This document shows, one piece after another, positions 11,101-20,386 of a DNA stretch of 64,000 nt; within the stretch, counting starts at the first letter, position 1; every line of letters starts with the position of its first letter. This stretch comes from Planctomycetota bacterium (lineage in GTDB: Bacteria > Planctomycetota > B15-G4 > SIAN01). The notes beneath the pieces were generated by a model. The model saw only the letters and a program-made list of their open reading frames with translations, made no database searches and was not told the origin of the DNA. The position numbers and the translations under genes are program-made. The DNA lies in contig JANNXA010000024.1 of assembly GCA_031409275.1 (NCBI GenBank), positions 1-64,000 of the forward strand, in the 5' to 3' direction.

Positions 11101-13913
11101 CGGCGCTCGGCCGGCGCGATGAAGCGGCACGCGCGCAGTTGTCGGCGTGGCTCACGCTCGATGCCGACTCGCTGCAAAACCTCCTCTACGCGGCGCGCTC
11201 GCAGCTCGACGATCGCGGCGACGGCACGCCCGGCGAGCTGCCGGCCGAGACCTTCGACCAGCTCGTCGCGATGTTGCGCAAGTCCGACTGGCCGGCTCAC
11301 CGTCTCTGGTTGCTGAACGATCTCTATGGCCGGACAAAAGACTTCCGCCTGCTCGAAGGGCTTGCGGAAGCAGTGGTCGGCCACACCGTGCAGGGCATCT
11401 ACGCCTTCCTTGGCGACCTCGCGCAGTTGCAGGGATTGATCGATGAAGAGGCGACGGTCGATCGCGTCGTGCAGGGCATCGCGAAGGTGCGCGGCCGCGC
11501 GAAGACCGCCGTCGATGGGCGCGCGCTCGACTACCTCGAGTTCATGGCGCGTTGGCGCGCGGCGACGCAGAAGAACGGCAGCGAGCCGCACGTGCGGGCC
11601 GCGGTGACGGCGATGAAGGCGGCCTTCGTGCCGCCGCGCCAGCCGGGCGAAGGGGTGCCGCTGGCTGAGTTCCTCGCGCGCTTCGAAGGCTTCACGATCC
11701 CGGAACTTGCCGCCGAGCAGCTGCGCCAGCTTGCGGCGCTGCTCGCGGCGGAGAGCGCCGGCGGCGATGCGCGACTCGCAGTGGCGGCGGCGCTCGCGAC
11801 CGCCGAATGGAACGCCAGGCGCCACGACGCGTCGCTGCGCACGCTTCAGGGCGAGCTCGCCGCGCGACGTACCGCCAACGAGGGACGTCTGCCCGACAGC
11901 GCCAATGGCCCGCTCGCCACGCTGATCGATCGGCTGGCGCAACGCGGCCGCTTCCTCGAAGGCGAGAAGCTGCTGCAGGACGAGCGCGTCGTCGCGACTC
12001 ATGAGCCGCGCACCTTCTGGCTCGACCATCAGCTCCACGCGCTGTGGGCGCGAACGCTGCACGCGAGAGGCAGCGTCGCGTTCGGCAGCGGCGAGACGCT
12101 CTTCGCCAAGGCGCGGGGAGTCGTGCTCGAACAGCTCGCGAAGAAAAGCCAGGAAGGGCGCGCCCAGGAGCAGGTCGACGAGTTCCTCAATCTTTGCCGC
12201 GCCGCGAAGGAGGCGGGTCTTGCGCGCGTCGGCGAGGTGATCGAGCGCTTCGCCTTCGAGACGCTGCCGCGCACGCTGGCGCTCTACCAGTACCGAAACG
12301 GCCAGAACATGGTCTCGAACGTGGCGCAGGCGCTCCACGATCTGGCGGGCGCGCCGACCGCCGTCGAGTTCCTGGTGACGCGCGGCGAGACCGAGCCGCG
12401 CTGGATCGCGCGCATGGGGCAATCGCTCTTCGATCAGCAAGGCTGGCAGTTGTCGCGCTGGCGCGCCGAATGCCGCCGGCTCGACGAGCGGCTCGAGCGG
12501 CGCCTGCTGGCGCTGATCACCACGGAGCTGCGCGGCGAGATGCGGCTCAGTCGCCAGCGCGCGCGCGGCTTCTACGACATCCGCCACGACACCTTCTGGG
12601 CCGCGCAGGCTGACGCATTCGCCGCCGCCGCGAAGGCCGAGCATGCCGAAGGTCGCGACGACGAGGCGGTGACGATGCGCGTCGCCGACTACCTCTATCA
12701 AGGAGTGCATCGCTACGCCGATGGCCTGGCGCTCCTGCGAGATCGCCTGCGCGGCGGGCGCCTCGCGCTCGATGGCCAGGTCACCTTCTGCGAGTGGCTC
12801 CATCAGCAAGGGGGCGACGCCGAGGCTCGGCCGCTGCTCGAATCGTTGATCACCGCGCGTCCAGGAGAGCTCTCGCTGCGCTTCACGCTGATGGCGGTCC
12901 ACACCGCGCTGCGCCAGCCCGATCAGGCCGATGCCACGCGCGCTGCCGCCGAGTCGTGGTTGCGCGAGGCCAAGCTCTGGGACGTCGAGGAGAACGTCCG
13001 CCAGCTCGGCTGGGCGTGCTACGAGGCGTCGCTGTGGGAACACGCCGCCGCCTACTACGGCGAGGCGATCACCATGCGCACGCGTGCCTACGGCGACCGC
13101 GCCAACGGCGATGGGACGCTTGGGCCCTACTACGAGCGGCGCAGCGAGGCACTGGCGAATCTCGGCCGGACACAGGAGGCGATCGATGCCGCTGCGGGGG
13201 CGATCGTCGCGTGGGGTTCGCGGCAGGAGGAGCGCACGCGCGCGCTGAGAGTGCTCGAAGCGGCGATGGTGGCGGCGAGCGATCTCGACTCGGTCTCGAA
13301 GCGGATCGATGCCGACGCGGCGAGCAGCGGGCTCGAGAACCCGCTGCTGCGAAAGGCGCTGGCGAAGGCGTGGCGCGATCGCGGCGAGCTGGCCAAGGCG
13401 CAAGCGCAGCTCGAGGCGGCGTGGGCGGCGGCGCCCGACGATCAAGAGCTGGCGCAACTGCTGCTGCAGGTGCACGACGCGCGTCGGCAACCGGATCAGG
13501 CGGTCGCCGCCCTCTTCGCCGCGCTCGATGCCCGTCCGCACGACCTCGTCCTGCTCGGCGAGCTCGGCAAGCGGCTGACCCGCCTGCAGCAGCCGGAGCG
13601 TGCCGAGCGCGTCCACACGCAGATCGTCGAGGCCTTCCTCGGCGAGAGCGAAGGGTACGAGGCGCTGGCGCACGTGCGCGACTCGCAGAAGCGCTTCGCC
13701 GACGCGGCGGTCCAGTGGCAGCAGGTCGTTCGCCTGCGCGCCACCGAGCCGACCGGCTACCTCGGGCTCGCCCTCTCGCTGATGGCGTCGGGTGACCGCG
13801 TCGCGGCGCGCGAGCCGCTCGAGAAGGTGCTTGGCGGCGAATGGGACGCCCGTTTCGGCGACGTCAAGGCGGAGGCGCGCCGCCTCCTGCGCATCGCCGG
13901 CGGGAGCTTCTGA
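5196..13913 (+). CDS. Giant (~2905 aa) secreted FecR-like/VIT/vWA/TPR-repeat protein
   Basis: Signal peptide; VIT domain (HKVTVDVRDQIARTVIEESFEN...LEGVFYFPLPADASIS...DPGLLEW); vWA MIDAS DTSGS; RLWARHHMDHL...LVSPYASFLVLE; long helical TPR-like C-terminus. Confidence 0.85.
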   Translation: MRTPLLLGFAVVGLALAPLIALPLPTPLDPRLAQELSSDASLAKVVDREGVGLARAGHSLRWRAAEANDSLFAGEWLKTGARGANALELRLKDGARVILGPGAQLELVDATTLRVAAGEVEVGATTEKPLTLRGPGDATLTLSATTVVRAADLRLETLKSEPQWLTGFKSGQSTEAMGSLLATIDGREVPLTLGYHKVTVDVRDQIARTVIEESFENHTDAVLEGVFYFPLPADASISSFGMWIGGELVEADIVEKERARAIYEQILREKRDPGLLEWTGGNLFKARVYPIVGEKRIKIGYTQVLAKRGDVYRWNYALQSELLRRTPLKQLSIDVHVSSAEPLASVACPSHSCRIEATAHAATVSFEAQEFRPDRDFELRIATQPATNAGAWQGNPNLSFVDDQRGDDGYFMVRFTAPPTESCPPPDEARPSDWLLLCDTSGSLRGPARATQLQFLEALLASLGPHDTIQVATCDVETRFAFPAPVANDEANRAAALQFVEKREALGWSDLAGAFSECFKALRPETQLVYVGDGVPTLGDADPAKCADSITKAFQGRGTVHAVVPGSAQEPIVLRAMTKLGDGSLREIGGGSDATQVAQQLISDATDWRATDLKIEFDGIPVAAVYPQTLPSLARGEQQIVVGRYDARTGHRGSVRVTGRGLAPLALPVVLDDLGDKSSFIPRLWARHHMDHLLAQPASKATKEQVIALSEEFQLVSPYASFLVLESEADRERFRVQKQTRMRDGEEFFAKGRADGDFELAQAQMQKAQQWRVGVRNDVLAMLAGLDRDLIERLRPQSNEVAYGEDTSRYYLSALGGGGGGEGRSLDLDSQMAGRAGSLRLQRGGGRKFQLDVLDESVRSDLKSLGYTGSSGEEVMEAEGESVDLRAELSPGDTEVLDEDEESEPSLTPAATEKNRGDELSASLALPATRERKLKSRRGLAKNVTGFVTAGGFGFNDGDDVLSDFSTLSFDRRDGRPRPPSDPFAAWFDEVAPPWPAFAPEFTGEIAELLAALDLRARIAALAGGLDWRTRGTTTDRRGTTLLLGEGNALLSPRGWIVEPLHRAGDDAHLDWWNGAQRGAWNRAWRLGRVRASQAGDATSFPSLTGFLFSDLSIRFRGFEATLTRDANGMALLSFVQPAARDQRVEVRIDVEKKLVVEESWQANGVVYYHVQVEQSTSAAGHWWPTRVVTQSPREASRAEWTFTVTELAAADFDRALAAALATRSELIEIGELPATLAAAKQAAAEGKAGLAERWLLLRAAAMRNDADATRAAFAEFAALASGKRSLELLDLVLRTTVRDHESLRLRLLELAAPLNAAPALTDLARAQTLLAFATPLRPGDEMLELLHALDALFARQVDDPSARFGHATQLLGQLQATPRVDEAFQAAIQLATDWPTQAQAHITLAQLRAQRGEIDLALRLLADAIAAKGPWSEGERQVLADTRCHVLWNGYRLEQLVEETTALLREQPEAPTQTQLERLLSGLVMLDRETLWWKTIEQWFGEARAAVRAQRPLTDGEQRRLSAAIRHALGQGEGCWWWNRTFEPAEATLLVATGRELLDDERVGAQGSQLLAAVAQTLEGREAFAALWPRLRESASRESAARLSRWVSLLRQVSFQPAGEDATWQALFDDLAARAKAAADARERAEIETIVMTYARRPLQLDVLRDRVTRATEVGTLEPAAAALFATLLLEPFSAAIEQELRGLIDRLGPPPSNAGAAVLERARRFARIVAWHDFVDWSIDARAAAAVAAIPDGNALPRKKLKLAQEEQTRLARKVVRTMLTNELDRAPEGPYADWLRLDRAWLDVKLRADTEPARRELLSMLARHLAAAGQKPEAELELDARVMAQRAATTLLHLLARADDASRAAQERELLALTDAAQAQKCALLDWRELDWQRLVALDRGDELEAKLAQWLGDGDSYALLRYGVSLAWIRAERGKLDEAIALGWRLGEKEELDHDDWLALSNWCTALGRRDEAARAQLSAWLTLDADSLQNLLYAARSQLDDRGDGTPGELPAETFDQLVAMLRKSDWPAHRLWLLNDLYGRTKDFRLLEGLAEAVVGHTVQGIYAFLGDLAQLQGLIDEEATVDRVVQGIAKVRGRAKTAVDGRALDYLEFMARWRAATQKNGSEPHVRAAVTAMKAAFVPPRQPGEGVPLAEFLARFEGFTIPELAAEQLRQLAALLAAESAGGDARLAVAAALATAEWNARRHDASLRTLQGELAARRTANEGRLPDSANGPLATLIDRLAQRGRFLEGEKLLQDERVVATHEPRTFWLDHQLHALWARTLHARGSVAFGSGETLFAKARGVVLEQLAKKSQEGRAQEQVDEFLNLCRAAKEAGLARVGEVIERFAFETLPRTLALYQYRNGQNMVSNVAQALHDLAGAPTAVEFLVTRGETEPRWIARMGQSLFDQQGWQLSRWRAECRRLDERLERRLLALITTELRGEMRLSRQRARGFYDIRHDTFWAAQADAFAAAAKAEHAEGRDDEAVTMRVADYLYQGVHRYADGLALLRDRLRGGRLALDGQVTFCEWLHQQGGDAEARPLLESLITARPGELSLRFTLMAVHTALRQPDQADATRAAAESWLREAKLWDVEENVRQLGWACYEASLWEHAAAYYGEAITMRTRAYGDRANGDGTLGPYYERRSEALANLGRTQEAIDAAAGAIVAWGSRQEERTRALRVLEAAMVAASDLDSVSKRIDADAASSGLENPLLRKALAKAWRDRGELAKAQAQLEAAWAAAPDDQELAQLLLQVHDARRQPDQAVAALFAALDARPHDLVLLGELGKRLTRLQQPERAERVHTQIVEAFLGESEGYEALAHVRDSQKRFADAAVQWQQVVRLRATEPTGYLGLALSLMASGDRVAAREPLEKVLGGEWDARFGDVKAEARRLLRIAGGSF

Positions 13914-13928
13914 GCGGGAGCGCGCGAG

Positions 13929-14103
13929 CAGCCCGTTCGAGCAGTCGCCGCGAGTCCGGCGCGTGGATCTCGAGTCGGAACGAGGAGGAGGTTCGAAGCC
14001 AACTCCTCGGTGAGTTGTCGAGTTGCGAAGCACGTTCTGCCGCCGACGAAGTACCGGCTTGAAAGACATCGCCGGGCGACACGGAGAGTTCTCGAGCGGG
14101 CTG
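13929..14103. mobile_element. MITE-like element, family A, copy 1 (inverted relative to the copy at 49129)
   Basis: TIR CAGCCCGTTCGAG / CTCGAGCGGGCTG (12/13 match), followed by CTAA; interior matches the reverse complement of 49129-49288 (shared blocks GTCTTTCAAGCCGGTACTTCGTCGG and GGAGTTGGCTTCGAACCTCCTCCTCGT). Confidence 0.85.
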
Positions 14104-14120
14104 CTAACCTCCCGCTCACC

Positions 14121-15572
<1,452 letters not shown>

Positions 15573-15587
15573 GCCCAGCGCCGGCGC

Positions 15588-16085
15588 TCAGCCGGTTCGT
15601 AGCGCTCCCGTCCGCGTGGCGTGGATGAAGTCGAGGCAGGGCGGCGTGTGGCCCGCGGCGCGCAGTTGCGTGAGCAGCTGCGCGCGATGGTGGGTGCCGT
15701 GCAGCGCCACGTGCAACAGCACGTCGGCCACGCGACTGGTGTGGCGCTCGCCCTTGCTGTTGACGTAGGCGATGGTCACGTCGAGCGACGCCGCGTTCGT
15801 CGCGGCATCGAGTGGCGCCGCCCACTCGCGCCAGCGCGCGCGCAACGTGGCCACTTCAGCGGCGCATGGCGCGAGCGTCCACGCGGGCCAGACCGCGCAC
15901 GGCATCGGCTCGCCGCGCAGTCGCGAGAGCCACAGGCGCGACGCCCCCACCACGTGGGCCAGCAGCCTCACCGCTGCCGGCGGCAGTGCTCCTGCCACCG
16001 CGCTCGCTTCGAGACTCGTCACCACCTCGCGATTGGCCCAGTCGTCGTAGTCGAGAAGCGTCTCGAGATGCGTCGGCAACGACAT
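15588..16085 (-). CDS. DinB family protein
   Basis: LLDYDDWANR...LAHVVGA...LLHVALHGTHHRAQL...PPCLDFI. Confidence 0.88.
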   Translation of the reverse strand: MSLPTHLETLLDYDDWANREVVTSLEASAVAGALPPAAVRLLAHVVGASRLWLSRLRGEPMPCAVWPAWTLAPCAAEVATLRARWREWAAPLDAATNAASLDVTIAYVNSKGERHTSRVADVLLHVALHGTHHRAQLLTQLRAAGHTPPCLDFIHATRTGALRTG

Positions 16086-16119
16086 CGGTGGATCTCCAGG
16101 CAGAGCCGCCCGTTGGAAT

Positions 16120-16881
16120 TCAGCGCGACGTCTGCGCGACAAAGAGCGCCACGCAACGGATCTCATCTTCGGAGAGCGTGCCCGCGAACGCCTTCATCGT
16201 GCGCGCCTCGACGCCGTCACGGACCAGTTCCTCGAGATCGTCGCGGTCACGCGTCACGACCTGCGAGTTGCCCCCGCGCAAGCGCACGAAGCCGGAGGTC
16301 GGGCGCCCCTCGCCTCGCGCTCCGTGGCATGCGGCGCACGCCTGCGCATAGACGTCCGCACCGAGACCGCTCGGGTCGCGGCCGGGATCGCCCTCGAGCG
16401 GAGTCGCGATCAGTCGCGCCGTGAAGTCGGCGACGGCGGCGACGTGCTCGTCGCTCAGCACGTCGTCGTAGGGCGGCATCGCGACCGGTGGCGTCTGGTC
16501 GGGCGCATGGCGCGTTCCGGCGGCGAACTCACCCTTCTTCGCGCCCGGCACGCGCACGCCGTGGCGCACGACCTCTGCGACCGCCTCCGGCCCAGCGCCC
16601 CAGATCCACTCGCCATCGCCAAGGTCGGGAAAGCCCGGGGTCCCTCGACGATCGTCGCCGTGGCAGCGCGCACACTCGGAGCGGAAGATCGCCGCTCCTT
16701 GCTCCAGCGCGAAGGAACTCAGCGTCGGATCGCTGGCGAGCTGATCGAAGCTTGCCACCGAAAAGCCGGGCGGTGGCGGCGGGAAACTGCGGCACTGCGG
16801 CACGCAGAGCGCGAGACTCGACGCCGCGATCACGGCAGCCACGCGAGCGAATCGCGGCGCCGCGTGCGTTCGAACGCTCAT
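16120..16881 (-). CDS. Diheme c-type cytochrome (CcoP/cbb3 subunit III-like)
   Basis: Two CxxCH motifs (CARCH, CAACH); FPDLGDGEWIWG; axial Met motifs MPPY and MKAF; N-terminal hydrophobic segment. Confidence 0.8.
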   Translation of the reverse strand: MSVRTHAAPRFARVAAVIAASSLALCVPQCRSFPPPPPGFSVASFDQLASDPTLSSFALEQGAAIFRSECARCHGDDRRGTPGFPDLGDGEWIWGAGPEAVAEVVRHGVRVPGAKKGEFAAGTRHAPDQTPPVAMPPYDDVLSDEHVAAVADFTARLIATPLEGDPGRDPSGLGADVYAQACAACHGARGEGRPTSGFVRLRGGNSQVVTRDRDDLEELVRDGVEARTMKAFAGTLSEDEIRCVALFVAQTSR

Positions 16882-16920
16882 GCAAGGACTCCGGTCGGAG
16901 GGGCGTCGGGGCGACTGCTG

Positions 16921-18687
16921 CTACTTCGCACCGCGTTGCTGCAGCCACGCGGTGACGGTGGCGAGGAAGTCGGGATCGACGGGACGCGGACGCAGATAGT
17001 CGGCAGTGGTCGGCGGAACGCTGGTCACCTTCTTGAAGAGGTGGTCGAGCAACGGCAGTCGGACCAGCGTCACGTCGGAGTGGCCCGCCCCTTCCAAGGC
17101 GGCGAGCAACGCGGGCGCATCACGCTCGGCCGAGACCTGCACGTCCTGCTCGCCCTGCACGATCAGCACGGAGCACTTCACCTGCGCGATCTGCGCGATC
17201 GGGTCGTGGAGCGCGTGGCTCTGCAGCCAGGCGCGATCGGCGAGCGCTGGCCGGTAGTCGGCGCGCACCTGCTGCGGATCGATCGGTTCGTCGCCGGTGA
17301 CGAGCTCCAGGAACTGCGCGTGCACCGCCAGCTCGTCGTCGAGCAGCTTGCCCCGCAGCCCTGCCGCTTCGAGACCGGCACGCTTCTGCTCGCGCAGGAT
17401 CGCGGTCAAGCCGCGTCCGGGCGCCGCCATCAACACGATGCCGCGCAACGATCGCTCGCAAGCGAGCACCGGCGCGGTGACGCCCCCTTCGCTGTGGCCG
17501 ATCACGAAGAGGCGCTGCGGATCGACGTCGTCGCGCGCCAGCAGGAAGTCGACGCATGCGCGCGCGTCGTCGACGAGGTCGCGCAACGTCGCACCGACCA
17601 GGCTGCCGCCGCTCTTGCCGACCCCGCGGTCGTCCACGCGCAGCACGACGAAGCCGGCGGCGGTGAGCGCATCCAGCAGCTCGTGCGTGCCGAGGTCGAT
17701 GCCGCCCGAAAGGCCGTCGCGATCCTGCGCTCCCGACCCGCTCACGAAGAAGAGGGCGGGCGCGCGGCCGCTCGCGGTCGGGAGCTTGGTGATGGCGCCC
17801 GCCAGCGTGAAGTCGCCGCGCGCGATGGTGACCTCTTCGCGCGTGAAGTCCTCGCGCGGGCGCGTCGGCGGCGAGACCTCGAAGCGCTCGATCGCGGCGT
17901 CGGTGCGGCGGATGCGGAAGCCCTGGGCCGGGATCTCGATCTCGAACAGCGAGCCGTCTTCGCGCAATCGCAGCACCTGCCCCAGCGAATCGCGCAGCTT
18001 GCGGCCGCGAAAGACGCCGCCGTCGCGCTCGACGACGTAGTCCGCCAGTCGCCGCAGCTCGTAGGAGAGCGTCGTCGCGCTCTCCGCGTGGAAGAGCGGA
18101 AGCGTCAGCGCTTCACCGGTTGTCGGCACCGCGCCGAACGCGATGAGCTCCATCAAGCCGATCCAGTTGTTGGAGAGCAGGAAGGACTCGGCACCGATGG
18201 GCGCCAGCAGCGGCTTGCTCTGCGGGCCCGACGTCGAGCTTCCGGTCGCCTGCCCCTCCGCCATGGCGAGCTCGACGACGTGCGTCATGCCGCCCGCCTC
18301 GGTGAGGAAGCGGCAGCGCAGCGGATGGCCGCTCTCGTCGACGACCACCTCGCCGCTGGCGCGCACCTCCGCCTTGCCGAGCGGTCCTTGCTGCTCGATC
18401 CGCCACCCGCCCGTGAAGCGGTGAGCCGGCGGCGTCAGGTCCGGCAGCACGCCGACGTAGTCCCACCACGAGTCACCGACGGCCACACCACCCTGCTCGA
18501 AGCGATAGGCCGACTGCGCGCCCGGCGCATAGTGGTCGGAAACGCGAAACGGCGCGCGCGCTTCGCTCGACCCCGGCGCTGGCACCTCCTGCGCTGCGGC
18601 AAGCGGCATCGTTGCCAACGTCGCGAGCGTCACCAGCCCCTGCGCCCATCGCCGCAACATCACCGTCACCGTCACCGTCACCGCCAT
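16921..18687 (-). CDS. Secreted alpha/beta hydrolase (S9/S15-like) with N-terminal beta-rich domain
   Basis: GSGAQDRDG, DDRGVGKS, nucleophile GHSEGG, QGEQDVQV, LDHLFK; alternative start at 18660. Confidence 0.85.
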   Translation of the reverse strand: MAVTVTVTVMLRRWAQGLVTLATLATMPLAAAQEVPAPGSSEARAPFRVSDHYAPGAQSAYRFEQGGVAVGDSWWDYVGVLPDLTPPAHRFTGGWRIEQQGPLGKAEVRASGEVVVDESGHPLRCRFLTEAGGMTHVVELAMAEGQATGSSTSGPQSKPLLAPIGAESFLLSNNWIGLMELIAFGAVPTTGEALTLPLFHAESATTLSYELRRLADYVVERDGGVFRGRKLRDSLGQVLRLREDGSLFEIEIPAQGFRIRRTDAAIERFEVSPPTRPREDFTREEVTIARGDFTLAGAITKLPTASGRAPALFFVSGSGAQDRDGLSGGIDLGTHELLDALTAAGFVVLRVDDRGVGKSGGSLVGATLRDLVDDARACVDFLLARDDVDPQRLFVIGHSEGGVTAPVLACERSLRGIVLMAAPGRGLTAILREQKRAGLEAAGLRGKLLDDELAVHAQFLELVTGDEPIDPQQVRADYRPALADRAWLQSHALHDPIAQIAQVKCSVLIVQGEQDVQVSAERDAPALLAALEGAGHSDVTLVRLPLLDHLFKKVTSVPPTTADYLRPRPVDPDFLATVTAWLQQRGAK

Positions 18688-18780
18688 CGCATCGCTCCAT
18701 CGCCCGAGCCGTTGCTGCGTGCCGATGGTAGCGGCCAACCACGACGCGAACGGACGCAGCGGACGGATCGAGTGGTGCGC

Positions 18781-18960
18781 TCAGCGCGGTTTGCTGGGCG
18801 TCCCTGCCCAGGCGGTGGCGAACCAGACGACGGTGGCGAGCAGCAGCCAGCGCTTCACGGCGGGCAGGTCGAGCGAACCGTGGAAGAAGGCGAACGCCGG
18901 CCACAGCGTGGTGGCGAGCGCGAGCCACGAGACGATCTGCAGCACCTTCCGGAGCGCCAT
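18781..18960 (-). CDS. Small 59-aa two-TM membrane protein
   Basis: Hand translation MALRKVLQIVSWLALATTLWPAFAFFHGSLDLPAVKRWLLLATVVWFATAWAGTPSKPR; starts 4 bp after the permease stop, with GAGGAG upstream; below the ORF-track cutoff. Confidence 0.7.
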   Translation of the reverse strand: MALRKVLQIVSWLALATTLWPAFAFFHGSLDLPAVKRWLLLATVVWFATAWAGTPSKPR

Positions 18961-18964
18961 CGCG

Positions 18965-20386
18965 TCAGCTCCTCGCCGGCGACGCGGTCGCGACGGCGGG
19001 GCGCGCGCGCCGCTGCCACGCCACGCTCAGCAGCGTGTAGAGCAGCGCCGCCAGCAACCAACCCGGCAGGCTGACGAAGTAAATCTCGACGCCGCCCCAC
19101 TGCACCAGCGCGGCGCATGCGACCAAGGTGAGCAGCCATGTCAGCGCAGCGGCGCCGTAGAAGGCGAGGCCGCGCTCGTGCGCGAACCAGCGCTGAAGGC
19201 CCAGCCGCGGCAGCAACCAGTAGTCGGCGACGATCACCGCCCCCATCGGCATCAGCACCATTCCGTAGAAGGCGACGAAGCCCAGCAGCTTCATCGCCAA
19301 CGCGGGGAAGAGGCCCGCGACGGTCGCGAGCGCGCCCGCGAACAAGGTGACCTTGAAGCGCGCGCAACGCGGCACGATCGCCTGGAAGGCCAGACCGGCT
19401 CGATAGATGGTCGGGTTCGCGGTGGTCCAGCCCGCGACGATCACGCACAGCAGTCCGGCGACGCCGCACGCCGCATCGGCCATCGGTCCCGGCAGCACGT
19501 CGTCGTGGCCCGGATCGCGCGCGAGCTGCACGGCGTAGAGCACCGACGCCGCGAGCCAAGCCATGAAGTGGCCGACGTACATGCCCGCCGCCGAGGCGAT
19601 CGCATAGCGGCTCTTCTTCGCGAAACGGAAGACGGAGAGGTCGGCCATGCCCAGATGCATCGCGAGGTTGCAGAACCAGGCGAAGAAGCAGACGTGCCAG
19701 AAGGTGAAGCGGGTGGAGCCGGCGCGCGGCTCGCCGCCCGGCCAGATCTTCGTGTTCGCGACCTCCCACACGTCGCCGAGGCGGGTCACGCCGAGTTCGC
19801 GCAAACCGATGATCCCGAACGCGAGGAAGAGCAGCACCATCCACGGCGCCGCGAGCTCGGCGAAACGCGCGACGGCGCGGTAGCCCGCGGCGGCGATGCC
19901 GGCGATCAGCGCGCCGACCACGAGCGTGGTGGCGATCCAGCCGGCGCCGGTCGGCCAGGCGTCAGCGAAGCCGGGCATCGCGATGCCCGTCCACACTCCC
20001 GCCGCGGTCGACGACACGGTGATCATCGAGCCGGCGAGGAAGCAGAACATCACGCCATTGGCGAGGTTGTAGAGCGTGACGAGCTTCCGGCCGCAGAGTC
20101 GTTCCAGGTGCGCGTAGAGCGTGAGCCGGACGCGCGTCGCGATGGGCGCGGTGACCAGCAGCCACGAAAGGACCGCGAGCGCGTTGCCGACCAGCAGCCC
20201 CAGCACGAGGTCGGACGCACCGACTCCGGTGCGCACGAACAGCGGCCCGATCATCAGCTCGGTGCCGGCGACGTGCTCGCTGGCGTACTGGCCGAGGAAG
20301 CTGCGAAAGCCCAGCTGCGCGTGCTCGGGCACGGGGGTGCGCTCGAACTCGAGGTCAGTGTTCGCTTCGTCGGCCATGGCGACCAT
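18965..20386 (-). CDS. Purine/cytosine permease (NCS1-like) family transporter
   Basis: About 12 hydrophobic segments; EHVAGTELMIGP, HLGMADLSVFRFA, AGWTTANPTIYRAGLA; TGATG overlap with the upstream stop. Confidence 0.8.
   Translation of the reverse strand: MVAMADEANTDLEFERTPVPEHAQLGFRSFLGQYASEHVAGTELMIGPLFVRTGVGASDLVLGLLVGNALAVLSWLLVTAPIATRVRLTLYAHLERLCGRKLVTLYNLANGVMFCFLAGSMITVSSTAAGVWTGIAMPGFADAWPTGAGWIATTLVVGALIAGIAAAGYRAVARFAELAAPWMVLLFLAFGIIGLRELGVTRLGDVWEVANTKIWPGGEPRAGSTRFTFWHVCFFAWFCNLAMHLGMADLSVFRFAKKSRYAIASAAGMYVGHFMAWLAASVLYAVQLARDPGHDDVLPGPMADAACGVAGLLCVIVAGWTTANPTIYRAGLAFQAIVPRCARFKVTLFAGALATVAGLFPALAMKLLGFVAFYGMVLMPMGAVIVADYWLLPRLGLQRWFAHERGLAFYGAAALTWLLTLVACAALVQWGGVEIYFVSLPGWLLAALLYTLLSVAWQRRARPAVATASPARS

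Noticed and set aside
18658..18687. (CACCGT)x3 hexamer repeat at the hydrolase start
   Set aside because: Short and frame-preserving (Val-Thr); no sign of a switch
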